Positions 26,616 through 36,992 of a DNA stretch of 42,321 nt are shown here, one piece after another. The position numbers and the translations under genes are program-made. The stretch is from a virus (taxonomy: Duplodnaviria; Caudoviricetes), in the IMG/VR virus record IMGVR_UViG_3300020045_007012, positions 1 to 42,321 of that record, one strand, 5' to 3'. Below the pieces are notes generated by a model that worked only from the letters and a program-made list of their open reading frames with translations, was not told the origin of the DNA and did no database searches. Each line of letters starts with the position of its first letter. Within the stretch, counting starts at the first letter, position 1.

Positions 26616-27064
26616 AATATCGTATTGAATGGTTAGAGAGAAAGACAACGAGCACGGGAAAACAGATGGCCAAAGTAACTCTCCGCGACGAGCAGGGCGT
26701 GAACATAGACGGCGTTACCATCTGGGGGGACTTCCAAGGTTTCGCCCAACTTGCCCCCGGCTTCGACGTGGAGGGGGATATTGTTCCTAAGGGGGAATAC
26801 AAAACCCTCTACGGCCCACGCACATCCTCTCCAAAGACTGGCGCATCTAACATGATGGAGAAAAAGACGGCAAGTATTGCGGCAAGTCAGGAACGCAAGG
26901 AGAACGCCATTGAGACCTCTTCCACTTTCAGGGATGCGACGATGCTCACTGTGGAGTGGTCTGCGAATCAACGATCCCTTGGAACCCCGGCCAATGAGGG
27001 GGAGATAAAATCAAAGTGGCAAGAGTTCCGTTCATTCTTACTCGCTAATTATGAGGTGAAGTAA
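26612..27064 (+). CDS. Putative OB-fold ssDNA-binding protein
   Basis: TGKQMAKVTLRDEQG...VTIW...VEGDI beta-barrel-like pattern. Confidence 0.45.
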   Translation: MKYRIEWLERKTTSTGKQMAKVTLRDEQGVNIDGVTIWGDFQGFAQLAPGFDVEGDIVPKGEYKTLYGPRTSSPKTGASNMMEKKTASIAASQERKENAIETSSTFRDATMLTVEWSANQRSLGTPANEGEIKSKWQEFRSFLLANYEVK

Positions 27065-27225
27065 TATGGAAAAGATACTGCAAATCGCCGTAACTGGGTA
27101 TACGGACAAGAATGGGCATAGACAGGAAGATGTCTGTGGCCTCGGAGAAGACGGACAGATGTACCGATGGCACCGGGGAACGGGTAAGTGGCTTCTCTGG
27201 GTGATACAAGGTGGAAACTTCTAAC

Positions 27226-27576
27226 ATGAGCAAACTTCTCCTACCCGCCACCATCAACCCTCCAAGGATACGAAAGGACGGCTCGTGCTCCATAAGTTTT
27301 GACACACGGGAACTCACCGCCGAGGAAATCCTCATCATCCTCTCTCACAGGAATACGGAAGGATGGGTGTGCTGGGCTCCTAATGAAAATGAGATAGCCG
27401 TGCCGGAGGAGGATGCACAGGTGGAGGGGAAGACCCATAGTGAACGGCTTAGGGGTGTGCTCTTTGTGTGGTGGAAACAAGAAACGGAGGCAAAGAGGTT
27501 CGTCGGCCCATTTGAGACCTTCAAGGCAGAGAGGATGGAAAGGATAATCCAATCCATCAAGGACAAATTAGCATAG
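27226..27576 (+). CDS. Hypothetical protein
   Basis: 116 aa from ATG at 27226. Confidence 0.55.
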   Translation: MSKLLLPATINPPRIRKDGSCSISFDTRELTAEEILIILSHRNTEGWVCWAPNENEIAVPEEDAQVEGKTHSERLRGVLFVWWKQETEAKRFVGPFETFKAERMERIIQSIKDKLA

Positions 27577-27596
27577 GTGATATAAAAGAAATAACC

Positions 27597-27917
27597 ATGA
27601 AAAACATAATCAAGAGTTGGCTAGGCATCACTAAAGTAGAGAGAAGTTTACAGAAAGTCTTTAAGAAAGAAGAGAAGAAATCAACCTCTGGGGGTTTTTA
27701 TGACTTTTGGAGTTTCAGACTTTACGATTATTTCAACGGCTTCAAGACAAATAGAACCCTTGAGGAGCGCACCGAATCTCTTGAGGAAAGAGTACAAAGG
27801 CTTACTGAGTATCTTAATCTTGAAGAAGTGGATGAAACAACTGTCCCAAAACATTTTAAGGTTAAGGCCAAGCGCCCCGTTGGTCGTCCTAGAAAGAATC
27901 CATCACCCAGAGCATAA
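27597..27917 (+). CDS. Hypothetical protein with C-terminal AT-hook
   Basis: KRPVGRPRK; short coiled coil. Confidence 0.55.
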   Translation: MKNIIKSWLGITKVERSLQKVFKKEEKKSTSGGFYDFWSFRLYDYFNGFKTNRTLEERTESLEERVQRLTEYLNLEEVDETTVPKHFKVKAKRPVGRPRKNPSPRA

Positions 27918-27929
27918 AGAGCCAAGGAT

Positions 27930-28801
27930 ATGAACGCACAGCAAGAAAACGAAAACTCCGCAGACTCTTCGGCAAGATTGAAGGTCATACAGAAATGTAT
28001 GCACTGTGGAGAGGAATGTGGGCGTGGAAATAAGTATTGCAACGACTGTACTTATGCCAAGGCACGCCAAGAAATGTGTGCCGAGAATAAAAAATTAAAC
28101 CCGAAATGGAGATGTGCGATGTGTGGAATTGTATGACTCTCAAGGAACGCATCTTCGACCTCCTTTCAGAGAAACCCGAGGCGCGGGAAAGGAAAAACCG
28201 CCACCGTGTTCTCCGGTACTTCGTGAGAAAAGACATCGCTGGGGCCAAAGACCTCACTGACGACACCATAGACGCAATCGTAACCTTGGGAAACTCAGTA
28301 GATCGGCTCACAAGGATGCTTCAACTAGAGGACGAAACCATGCGCGGAACCGATTGGGAAGACCGCGAACAACTATCACAGCAGAAACAAATTGATTTAG
28401 GATACGTCCCCGGCATCGAGCGAGACATTAAAAAATTAGCAACACTAAGATGAATATAAATATATCCTCCCTTTTTTTCAGTCTCATTGGTTTTTTTTGT
28501 GGAATCCTGTTGCTGTTCTCCGATCTCACAGATATTCCAAATATGAATGAAGCAAGAATGGCAATGGCCACAGTCTTCATTGTTGTGAATTTCCCGATTA
28601 TTATTATTAACCTCGTAATTTTATTCAACAAGAACTAGCATGACCCCCTCCAAGAAACAGGCAAGCGAATACGCCGCCCTCCTCGCCTCCTTCTCCAACA
28701 AGTCCCAACGAAAGAAGTATGGCAAGGACTACAAGAAGGAAATGAAGCGAAGAAGCCTATTAGCCGTGGCAAAGAGGGCTGTGAATAAGTCTGTTGCATA
28801 A
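27930..28801 (+). CDS. Run of small ORFs (27930..28136 Cys-rich; 28133..28453; 28450..28638 two-TM; 28640..28801 basic)
   Basis: Coupled start/stop codons. Confidence 0.5.
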
Positions 28802-28826
28802 CCCTTGCGTGTGGTATAATTGGCTT

Positions 28827-29576
28827 ATGAAAAATCACTCCCCCCAAAACCCCCTCTGCCCCCTGAACGTCAAACGCTGTGGCGTAGAAGGCCTCACAGA
28901 GACGAAGTGCGTCCATGTGAAGTGTGAGTGCCACCATGACCCGGAGAATACTGAATGTCCTAGGAACAAACCAGAGTTTGCATGGGATGGTACTGTCCCA
29001 CCATCTAAATGTTCATGCCCCCAACCCACTGTGAAGGGCGAGGAGCACAAGTGCTATTTCATTGAGCGGGGTGATGGAGTTATTGGTATAGACCGCCTCT
29101 ACTGTGGATGTGGAAAGTCAATAATTTCTCCCGCCCCTCAAACCACGGAGGGGGAGAAGCCATTTGTGTTAGACCCACTCGTAAAATTTGCTTATGAAAA
29201 ACTTGTGGGTGGAATCAAACTTTCAGCGACTGACATCGAAGTGAAGCCCACCCCAGAAGCGGGGAAGTGTGCGAAACATCCTGGTACAAAAGAATGTGAT
29301 GACAAATGGTGTCCGTATATATTCACATTCGAATGGCTCCGCACCAAAAAAGCCGAATGGGAGACAAAGGCGAGGGAAGAGGAGTTCGCCAAATACGACA
29401 AGTTTCGCGAAGAAGACAGGACTGTGTGGGGCAACATCATCATGGAAGAAGCCCGCCTCCAAAGGACGAATGAGGTGGTGGAGTGCGTCGAAGAATACTT
29501 TAAGGGACTCATTCATATTCCCGACCCACAAGCTACAAAGGAAAGTTTAATAGCGAAATTAAAAGAGACTAACTAA
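28827..29576 (+). CDS. Cys-rich mosaic hypothetical protein
   Basis: Several C/H clusters; TGGTATAAT ends 6 nt before ATG at 28827. Confidence 0.55.
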   Translation: MKNHSPQNPLCPLNVKRCGVEGLTETKCVHVKCECHHDPENTECPRNKPEFAWDGTVPPSKCSCPQPTVKGEEHKCYFIERGDGVIGIDRLYCGCGKSIISPAPQTTEGEKPFVLDPLVKFAYEKLVGGIKLSATDIEVKPTPEAGKCAKHPGTKECDDKWCPYIFTFEWLRTKKAEWETKAREEEFAKYDKFREEDRTVWGNIIMEEARLQRTNEVVECVEEYFKGLIHIPDPQATKESLIAKLKETN

Positions 29577-29584
29577 ACAACAAC

Positions 29585-30684
29585 ATGAAAAAAACAACAG
29601 AACAAGCCATTCAAGAAAAGATACTTTATATCGGTAATGAGATACCAGAAAGTTTAATGTCGGACAAAAGACCGAAGTTCATCATTCTCGGCACGCCACA
29701 GGAGTTTATTGACGAAACTTCTGACCCAGTAAAATGGAATAAGGACTTCTATAACGACTTACCATCCATGGTTTGCGAAGCACTAGACAGAACATTTATA
29801 CCAAAATATGGTAACGAGCCATGGTTTGAAAAAGCGTGGGAAGAATATCGCCAATATATAAAATCTTCCTCAATGGAAGAAATGAAAATGCCGATGTTTA
29901 TATTCAAGAAGTATTTACCACCCCAGAGTGCGATAATATAAGGAGGATATATGAAAAAAGAAACAAAACTTGAATCATTAAGAATGAAAGCGCAAAAGGC
30001 CCAGAACGCCTATCGAGAAGCAGAGGAAGAGGAAAAAAACAAAACATCTATCCCTGTATTAAGGAAGAGTGTTGGAAAGTGCTTCAAATTCATCAACAGC
30101 TATGGTGGGGACTACCAAAGATGGCCCCTGTATATAAAAATAGTTTCCTTTGATGAAAAAGCAATGACTTTTAACACTGTAGAGTTTCAAAAGACTTCAA
30201 TGGAAATCGCTGAAGCGAAGTTGGAAAGACGGTGGAACTTTCGTGGTCAGACTTATTTCAACAATTCAAGCTATATTGAAATTCCAAAATCAGAGTACGA
30301 AAGAGCAAAGAAAAACTTTAAGAAATTACTCTTAAAAATACTTCAATGAACCCCCTCCCCAAAATCCTCGCAGAACAGGTGGCAGTGTTTCGGAAGCATC
30401 TGTCAAAAGATTATGTTGAGAAAGGATGGACATCAGAAAGTGAAAGACTCATGCTTTTGGCCCTCACCGAAGCATATAGGGCGGGGGCAGGACACGGCAG
30501 AAAAGAGGCCTATGAAGAAATGTGGGTTATCTTTGACACACTTGGGGCCGCCGCGCTGATGGGAGCGAGTAATATAAACGACCTTGTAAAGCAAGCCTGT
30601 ACAAGTTACGACAAACTCTCTTCACCAGAAGCCTCTTCCCAGTTCCTCGCAGATATAAGTAAGGACGGTGCGATTACACCTTAA
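29585..30684 (+). CDS. Three hypothetical proteins (29585..29941, 29951..30349, 30346..30684)
   Basis: Consecutive ORFs with short or overlapping junctions. Confidence 0.55.
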
Positions 30685-30846
30685 TGGAAAAGAGATATGG
30701 AAAACATCGTATTATTCGGCCTTGGTGGTGTAATCGGACTCTTTCTATTATTGATGGCATATTTTCTCATTACTGAATAAAACCATGAAACAAAAACCAA
30801 CGAAGGGGAATGCGGGAATCACTAGGTTATGGTACTATGTTGGTAT

Positions 30847-31221
30847 ATGCCTTACCGCTCCTCTTTTAAGAGTAATGAAGAATATAACAAATGGTACCGC
30901 GATTACAGGGCGCGGTCAGGGTACAGCGAATACCACCACGAATATAAAGAGAAAATCAAACTCGAAGTTTTTTCTCAGTACTCAAAAGGGACTCCATTTT
31001 GTGCTTGCTGTGGTGAGAAGGAGATGGCATTCCTTTGTCTTGACCATGTTAACGGTGGCGGTAACAAACATAGGAAAGAGCTTGGAGGAATTCGAGGAGC
31101 GAATATATGGCGTTGGCTCAAGAAGCAAGGATACCCTGCTGGGTATCAAATTCTTTGTCACAACTGTAATTTCGCCAAAGACCATACCCGCGAGAAATTA
31201 TGTCCTCATACACGCGTTTAG
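30847..31221 (+). CDS. HNH endonuclease-like protein
   Basis: CACCG...LDHVNGGG...ILCHNCN; TGGTACTAT upstream of MPYRS start. Confidence 0.75.
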   Translation: MPYRSSFKSNEEYNKWYRDYRARSGYSEYHHEYKEKIKLEVFSQYSKGTPFCACCGEKEMAFLCLDHVNGGGNKHRKELGGIRGANIWRWLKKQGYPAGYQILCHNCNFAKDHTREKLCPHTRV

Positions 31222-31397
31222 CACCATAACCTACACCCTCCCCACAAAAGGCAAGGGGAGGAAGGGGTAGCCCCACATGAGAAGGTATGAGGGGTGGACG
31301 GGTGGGGGAATGGGGTGTAATATAAGCATATTAGTCATGGCATCTCTTCTCCTCGCTACTGTCATGGCGGCGAGGCGAAGGGATCAAACTTTATAAA

Positions 31398-33131
31398 ATG
31401 AAACCCACAGCACCACTTTTTGGAGAGAAAGCAAGAGAGAGGATTTTAGCAGGAGTGAATAAGGTGTTAGATGTCATCGCACCAACACTAGGACCCGCAG
31501 GGAGGTCTGTTCTTCTCCCAAGAACATTTAGCCGTGGTCAACGGGTCGTAGATGACGGATATTATGCCGCAGAGAATGTCATACTCCAAGACCCACATGA
31601 GAGACTTGCCGCAGACTGCTTCAAGGAATCTATCACTAAAAGCAATGTCCAAAACGGGGATGGCACCACTGGCACTGGGGTTGTTGGGGGACATCTCATC
31701 AATAAAGTGTTTCGAGAACTTCCCATTGAAACCGAACAAGGAAATCAGGCAGAAAAACTTGCTCAACGTATTTTAGGAAAATCATCCCCCAAAGAGCAGA
31801 AGTCTGTCAGGGAACTTCGTCGTCAGATGAATGAAGCAAAAAAACTCGTCATTGAAGAGATCAAAAAACTCGCCAAACCAGTCAAAAACCTCTCCGATCT
31901 TGAGCGTATTGCAATGGTTTCTATTGGAAAAGAAGATGAAGAGATTGCTAAGACTGTGGCGAAGGTTGTTTGGGATGTTTGTCGAGGTAGTAATGGAGAA
32001 TATGTCGCTGGACATATTGATGTGGTTGAGGGATATAAGGGGGAGGTAGAAACCGAACTTGTTACAGGAATGAAGTTCCCATCCAAAGTAGCCGCGAGAG
32101 CGTTTGTCAACAAACCAGAGCGTTATGAGATGGTTGCGGAAGATGTTTCTGTTCTCGTCACAAACTACAAACTTGATAACATTCACACTGTTAACGAACT
32201 CATGGGAAAACTTCAAGTACCGAAACTCGCTATCTTTTCCCCCGAGTTTTCCATAAACGTCCTTCTTTTCATTGTAGACCTGAATAAAAAAGGACTTCTC
32301 ATCTATCCGATAAAGTGTCCAGCACTCCGTACAACACAGATGGAAGACCTTGCAGTATACACAGGAGGAAGTGTTATAGACAAGGACACTGGGCGGAAGT
32401 TAGAAAATGCTTCAGTTGCTGACCTCGGTTTCGCTGGAAAAATTGTTGTGAAGGACACAGAGAACCGCGAGGACGCCATTCTCATGGGTGGGCGGGGAGA
32501 GAAGAAAATGCGCGGAGACAAGAACCTTATCGAGGAACGTATTGATATTCTTAAAGGACAACTCAAAGAAGCCCGTAATGATATTGATAAAGTACAACTA
32601 GAGAAGCGTATCGCCAATCTTCACTCTGCTGGTGGTACAATCCGTGTTGGTTCTTCAACGGGAACCGATGGAATGTTCATCAAAATGAAAATAGAAGATG
32701 GGGTGTATGCTTGCCGTGGAGCATTGGAAATGGGCTACGTCAAAGGGGGTGGGTTGTGTCTCAAAGAAATCGCCGAAACCCTCCCAGAGAACATCCTCAC
32801 TGAATCTCTTAAAGCTCCATATTACCAAATCCAAAAGAACGCCGGAGGAGACCTTGAGATAGGAAAAGACATCATTGATCCCGCTAAAGTTGTAATGGGG
32901 ATTGTTGAAAACGGGGTCTCTGTGGCCGCAACACTCATCACCGCTCACGCTGTCATCCCAGAAATCCCCGATAAATCTCCTTCTGAAGGATACGAGGAAA
33001 TAGCTAAAGCCATCAAACTCTATGCTTTCTACTGGGCAAAACACCAAGGATTACTAAAGGCGAACGAAGACATGGCTGAGGAGGATAGAAACAAAGAATT
33101 TGAGAGGATACTCAATGGAGACAAAGGATAA
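31398..33131 (+). CDS. groEL: Phage-encoded GroEL-like chaperonin (divergent)
   Basis: TLGPAGR, DDG, GDGTTGT, LEKRIANL, IEDGVYACRGA, GYVKGGG, IIDPAKV motifs in GroEL order. Confidence 0.92.
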   Translation: MKPTAPLFGEKARERILAGVNKVLDVIAPTLGPAGRSVLLPRTFSRGQRVVDDGYYAAENVILQDPHERLAADCFKESITKSNVQNGDGTTGTGVVGGHLINKVFRELPIETEQGNQAEKLAQRILGKSSPKEQKSVRELRRQMNEAKKLVIEEIKKLAKPVKNLSDLERIAMVSIGKEDEEIAKTVAKVVWDVCRGSNGEYVAGHIDVVEGYKGEVETELVTGMKFPSKVAARAFVNKPERYEMVAEDVSVLVTNYKLDNIHTVNELMGKLQVPKLAIFSPEFSINVLLFIVDLNKKGLLIYPIKCPALRTTQMEDLAVYTGGSVIDKDTGRKLENASVADLGFAGKIVVKDTENREDAILMGGRGEKKMRGDKNLIEERIDILKGQLKEARNDIDKVQLEKRIANLHSAGGTIRVGSSTGTDGMFIKMKIEDGVYACRGALEMGYVKGGGLCLKEIAETLPENILTESLKAPYYQIQKNAGGDLEIGKDIIDPAKVVMGIVENGVSVAATLITAHAVIPEIPDKSPSEGYEEIAKAIKLYAFYWAKHQGLLKANEDMAEEDRNKEFERILNGDKG

Positions 33132-33151
33132 TATGACCCACGAACATCTTT

Positions 33152-33577
33152 ATGCTTTCATTTGAACTTGCAAAGAAGTTGAAAGACGCCGGGTTTATTG
33201 AACCTATACAGGCGTTTTCTAAAGCGGAAATATATGTGAGGAACAAGGAAAATGATAGATGGTATCCCGGTGACAAAGAACCCCTCCTTGAATTACCAGA
33301 TCACGGAGAAGAAAAACCATATGATTGGGGACTTTTTTCTCCTAATAAACATTGGGACTATGAGAACTATGTGTATTGTCCAACTCTTGGAGAACTCATT
33401 GAGGCGTGTGGAGAAAGATTTGAGTCATTGAAAATAGCAATGATGCCAGGAGAATGGTGGGCTTGGGAGAAAATGAAGGATAAGGATGGGAAACCAATAA
33501 CTGGGAAAGGTGGGATTGGCTACTCTCCCTCTGAGGCAGTAGCAAACCTTTGGCTAGCATTTAACGAGAAAAAGTAG
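33152..33577 (+). CDS. Hypothetical phage protein
   Basis: ELAKKLKDAGF...PTLGELIEAC...EAVANLWL pattern. Confidence 0.6.
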   Translation: MLSFELAKKLKDAGFIEPIQAFSKAEIYVRNKENDRWYPGDKEPLLELPDHGEEKPYDWGLFSPNKHWDYENYVYCPTLGELIEACGERFESLKIAMMPGEWWAWEKMKDKDGKPITGKGGIGYSPSEAVANLWLAFNEKK

Positions 33578-33592
33578 TATACTAGCCAATAT

Positions 33593-33688
33593 ATGGCCGT
33601 AAACTCCCGCGCATCAAAAATCCTTGCCCTCAAACTTGCGAAGAGAAACAAGGGAAAGAAACGCGCGGCGGCGAAGAAGGGATACTAA
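33593..33688 (+). CDS. 31-aa basic peptide
   Basis: MAVNSRASKILALKLAKRNKGKKRAAAKKGY*; TATACT upstream; 3 nt before the next ATG. Confidence 0.5.
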   Translation: MAVNSRASKILALKLAKRNKGKKRAAAKKGY

Positions 33689-33691
33689 TCT

Positions 33692-34963
33692 ATGTTGGTG
33701 ATTACTCCGTATCCGCAAAACGCCAAAAAGCACCCAAAGAAGCAAGTCCAGCAAGTAGCTGACTCCATCAAGGAGTTTGGCATGAACCAGCCTATTGTGG
33801 TGGATAAAAAGGGTGTCATCATCGTAGGACATGGACGGTATGATGCACTCAAGCTTTTAGGCTGGGAGATAAAACCCGAGTGGGTCAAGGTGGTAGACCT
33901 CTCTGAGGAACAAGCCAACGCCTACAGGCTCGCAGACAACAAACTCAACGAGTCCGAGTGGGACATGAAACTTGTGATAGAGGAATTAAAAGGCCTTTCC
34001 CTCCCCATGCTCGACCTCACAGGCTTTGATAAAGACCTTATACTGGAAGCTGACGAGGCAGACGATGCTATTCCTGCCATCCCAGACAAGCCACGTTCAA
34101 AGCTAGGCGATTTATACGAATTAGGGCAACATCGGGTACTTTGTGGGGATAGTACGAAGCTAGAGGATGTGGAGAGGCTTATGGACGGGAAGAAGGCGGA
34201 CATGGTGTTTACTGACCCGCCATACAATGTTGATTATTCGGGTATGCAGAACTCGAAAAAGTGGGACAAGATTGCAAATGACTCAATGAGTGATGCAGAG
34301 TTTGAAGAGTTTTTGAAAAGTATTTTTGAACGATATAACGAGCACACGAAAAAGGACGCGGCATTTTATATTTGTCATTCAGACAAAGCGTCGCGGGAGT
34401 TTCGTAATGCGTTTGAGTCAGTTGGGTTAGAATGGCGAGCAACAATTATCTGGATGAAGAACATCTCTGCGTTTAACTTCGCTCAATATAAATATCAGCA
34501 TGAGCCAATATTTTATTGTTTCCGAAAAGGGAATACTGTGAGTTGGTATGGTGACGCAACAAATACAACAAAGTGGAAAGAAACATGGGATGATAAAAAG
34601 ATAGTCGCGTGGTTTAAGAAACAGCAAGAAAAAGAAAGGATCAGTGGAGCAACCACTGTGTGGGAGGCGAAAAAAGAACATGGCGACCATCCTACAATCA
34701 AACCGATTGAGCTGATTACTAAGGCAGTGTTCAATTCCTCAAAGCAAGACGACATAGTTCTCGACCTCTTCCTTGGCTCTGGCTCTACTCTCATAGCCTC
34801 TCAAAAGACAGGTCGTATATGCTACGGTATGGAGTTGGATTGTCGTTATATTGATGTTATAATAGAGAGGTGGTGTGAATACACTGGAATCAGAAACATT
34901 AAGAAAAACGGAAAGGATATAGTATGGACGAAAAAAGAAGAGAAAAGTGGACAAGATACATGA
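33692..34963 (+). CDS. ParB-like N-terminal domain fused to DNA adenine methyltransferase
   Basis: SIKEFG..QPIVVD..IIVGHGR..ADNK; DPPY; HPTIKP; DLFLGSGST; typical position upstream of terS. Confidence 0.9.
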   Translation: MLVITPYPQNAKKHPKKQVQQVADSIKEFGMNQPIVVDKKGVIIVGHGRYDALKLLGWEIKPEWVKVVDLSEEQANAYRLADNKLNESEWDMKLVIEELKGLSLPMLDLTGFDKDLILEADEADDAIPAIPDKPRSKLGDLYELGQHRVLCGDSTKLEDVERLMDGKKADMVFTDPPYNVDYSGMQNSKKWDKIANDSMSDAEFEEFLKSIFERYNEHTKKDAAFYICHSDKASREFRNAFESVGLEWRATIIWMKNISAFNFAQYKYQHEPIFYCFRKGNTVSWYGDATNTTKWKETWDDKKIVAWFKKQQEKERISGATTVWEAKKEHGDHPTIKPIELITKAVFNSSKQDDIVLDLFLGSGSTLIASQKTGRICYGMELDCRYIDVIIERWCEYTGIRNIKKNGKDIVWTKKEEKSGQDT

Positions 34964-35208
34964 GGACATATCGGGCGAAACATCCCGAGAAAGTTAGTAT
35001 CGCGCGAAAAAAACAATATATAACAAGAAAAATAAGAGCAATGGACTTATTGGGTGGGGCAAAATGTGTAATGTGTGGATGTGATGAGCTTTCTTTTTTG
35101 GAGTTTAATCACAGTATCATGGATGTAGACTACACAGGGGAGACAGAGATTAGAAAAAATGGGATAATTGAAATATGGCAAAAAAGCGAAAACTCGACGG
35201 CACAATAG
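34924..35208 (+). pseudogene. Truncated HNH endonuclease fused to a duplicate MTase C-terminal tail
   Basis: CVMCG..LEFNH lacks the second CxxC/N half; continues DYTGETEIRKNGIIEIWQK, similar to MTase EYTGIRNIKKNGKDIVWTK. Confidence 0.6.
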
Positions 35209-35573
35209 CGAAAAGCAACGCTGGCAGACCATCAAAAATGACACCAGACGTTATCGCTAAATTAGAACAAGCTTTTGCTATTGACTGCTCGGTAGAAGAA
35301 GCTTGCAGTTACGCAGACATTGGGCGTGACACTTTTTATGATTATATAAAACTCAAGCCTCAATTTTCCGACAGAATAGATGAACTTCGTCAACGTCCGG
35401 TTTTGAAGGCTCGCCAAGCAGTGGTGAAATCATTAGATAATCCACAACATGCTTTTGAATACTTGAAGCGAAAACGCAAGAAAGAGTTTGGTGATGGTTT
35501 AGATGTAACAACAGGGGGTCAAAAGTTGATAACGAAAATAACGATCAATACTCCAAATGGAAAGGGAGCTTAA
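35175..35573 (+). CDS. terS: Terminase small subunit
   Basis: GRPSK, HTH-like EEACSYADIGRDTFY, LDVTTGG tail; overlaps terL start. Confidence 0.8.
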   Translation: MAKKRKLDGTIAKSNAGRPSKMTPDVIAKLEQAFAIDCSVEEACSYADIGRDTFYDYIKLKPQFSDRIDELRQRPVLKARQAVVKSLDNPQHAFEYLKRKRKKEFGDGLDVTTGGQKLITKITINTPNGKGA

Positions 35574-36972
35574 AATTGAACCGACCGAAAAGCAGTACCT
35601 TGCATGGCAAGCTCTCCAAGACCCAAACATCGCTGAGATACACTTTGGAGGAGCGGCAGGAGGAGGGAAGTCATGGCTTGGATGTGAGTCACGTCTCGCC
35701 AGAGCTATCGCCTATCCGGGGTATAAGTCATTCATTGGAAGAAACGAGCTGACTCGTTTAATGGCCACAGCTTATATCACCTTCCAAAAGGTCTGTAAGC
35801 ATCATGGTATCTCAACAGACGAGTGGAACCTCAACGGAAAGTACAACTACATAGAGTTTAAGAATGGAAGCCGTGTAGACCTCTTAGACCTCGCACACAA
35901 GCCGAGTGACCCGATGTATGAACGACTTGGGTCTTTGGAATATACCGATGGTGGATGGGTGGAAGAAGCAGGAGAGGTTCCTTTCATGGCGATAGATATT
36001 CTCCGTTCTCGTGGTGGCCGTCACATGAACAAGGAGTTTAATTTGAATCCCGACTCGCTTTACACCTACAACCCAAATAAGGGATGGGTGTATAGAATCT
36101 ATAAGAAGTTCAAAGAAGGACTGCTCCCAAAAGATGTTGTGTTCATCCAAGCTCTTTATAACGATAATCCATGGACCGCTGAAATTTATGGAAAGCAACT
36201 TGATCGTATTGAGAATTCATCAATGCGAGCGCGTCTTAAACTTGGATCGTTTGAATATGACGATGATCCAGCTGTGTTAATGGACTATGATTCAATTGTT
36301 GATCTATTTACAAATAGTCTTCCTAAATCAGATGATAAATACCTCACTATCGACGTTGCGCGTCATGGAGTAGATAAGACTGTGATTTACCTATGGAAAG
36401 GATGGACCATCTATGGAGTGCGAATCTACCAGAAGCAGGATACACAGGTCACTTCCCAAAGGGCGAGAGAGATATGCAGAACTGAAGGAATCCCGTATTC
36501 CCACAGTATTGCTGATGAGGATGGTATCGGTGGGGCTGTGGTGGACACAAACAAGGGCTTTAGGGGCTTCATCGCCAACAGCACAGCACTAGAAAACCCA
36601 CAGACCAAGGAAACAGAGAACTACGCCAATCTCAAGTCCCAAGCATCCTATGTCCTCGCTGAGAAAGTAAACAAGCATTTGATGGCGGTGAAGATTGAAC
36701 CCGGACAGTTTATTTCAGAAGTCCCCGGACTCACTCAAGAATTATGGATGGAACAACTCACGGAAGAAATGGAGCAAATTAAATCCAAGGATATGGATAA
36801 GGATAAAAAACTTCGTGTTCGTCCCAAGGAAGAAACCAAGTTGGAACTAGGACGCTCGCCAGACTTTGCAGACACAGCAATGTTTCGTTCTGTGTTTGAA
36901 TATCCACTACCTAAACTTAGTTTTGGTGGAGTGCATGTTCACAAACCAACCCACACTGGCTTCAGACGATAA
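35557..36972 (+). CDS. terL: Terminase large subunit
   Basis: Walker A GGAAGGGKS, Walker B WVEEAGE, YNP motif, nuclease IDVAR and RSPDFAD. Confidence 0.93.
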   Translation: MERELKIEPTEKQYLAWQALQDPNIAEIHFGGAAGGGKSWLGCESRLARAIAYPGYKSFIGRNELTRLMATAYITFQKVCKHHGISTDEWNLNGKYNYIEFKNGSRVDLLDLAHKPSDPMYERLGSLEYTDGGWVEEAGEVPFMAIDILRSRGGRHMNKEFNLNPDSLYTYNPNKGWVYRIYKKFKEGLLPKDVVFIQALYNDNPWTAEIYGKQLDRIENSSMRARLKLGSFEYDDDPAVLMDYDSIVDLFTNSLPKSDDKYLTIDVARHGVDKTVIYLWKGWTIYGVRIYQKQDTQVTSQRAREICRTEGIPYSHSIADEDGIGGAVVDTNKGFRGFIANSTALENPQTKETENYANLKSQASYVLAEKVNKHLMAVKIEPGQFISEVPGLTQELWMEQLTEEMEQIKSKDMDKDKKLRVRPKEETKLELGRSPDFADTAMFRSVFEYPLPKLSFGGVHVHKPTHTGFRR

Positions 36973-36992
36973 AATGTAGTATACTTGCAAAA

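Noticed and set aside
30785-31270. 161-aa ORF fully overlapping the HNH gene, with PTKG at both ends
   Set aside because: No recognisable motifs; the HNH frame has its own promoter and intact motifs; the PTKG echo is too short to call a target duplication
31271-31397. CIRCE/HrcA operator upstream of groEL
   Set aside because: No TTAGCACTC-N9-GAGTGCTAA match
33692-34050. ParABS partition system from the ParB-like domain
   Set aside because: The domain is the common ParB-N/MTase fusion next to terminase, with no parS-binding HTH evident and no ParA
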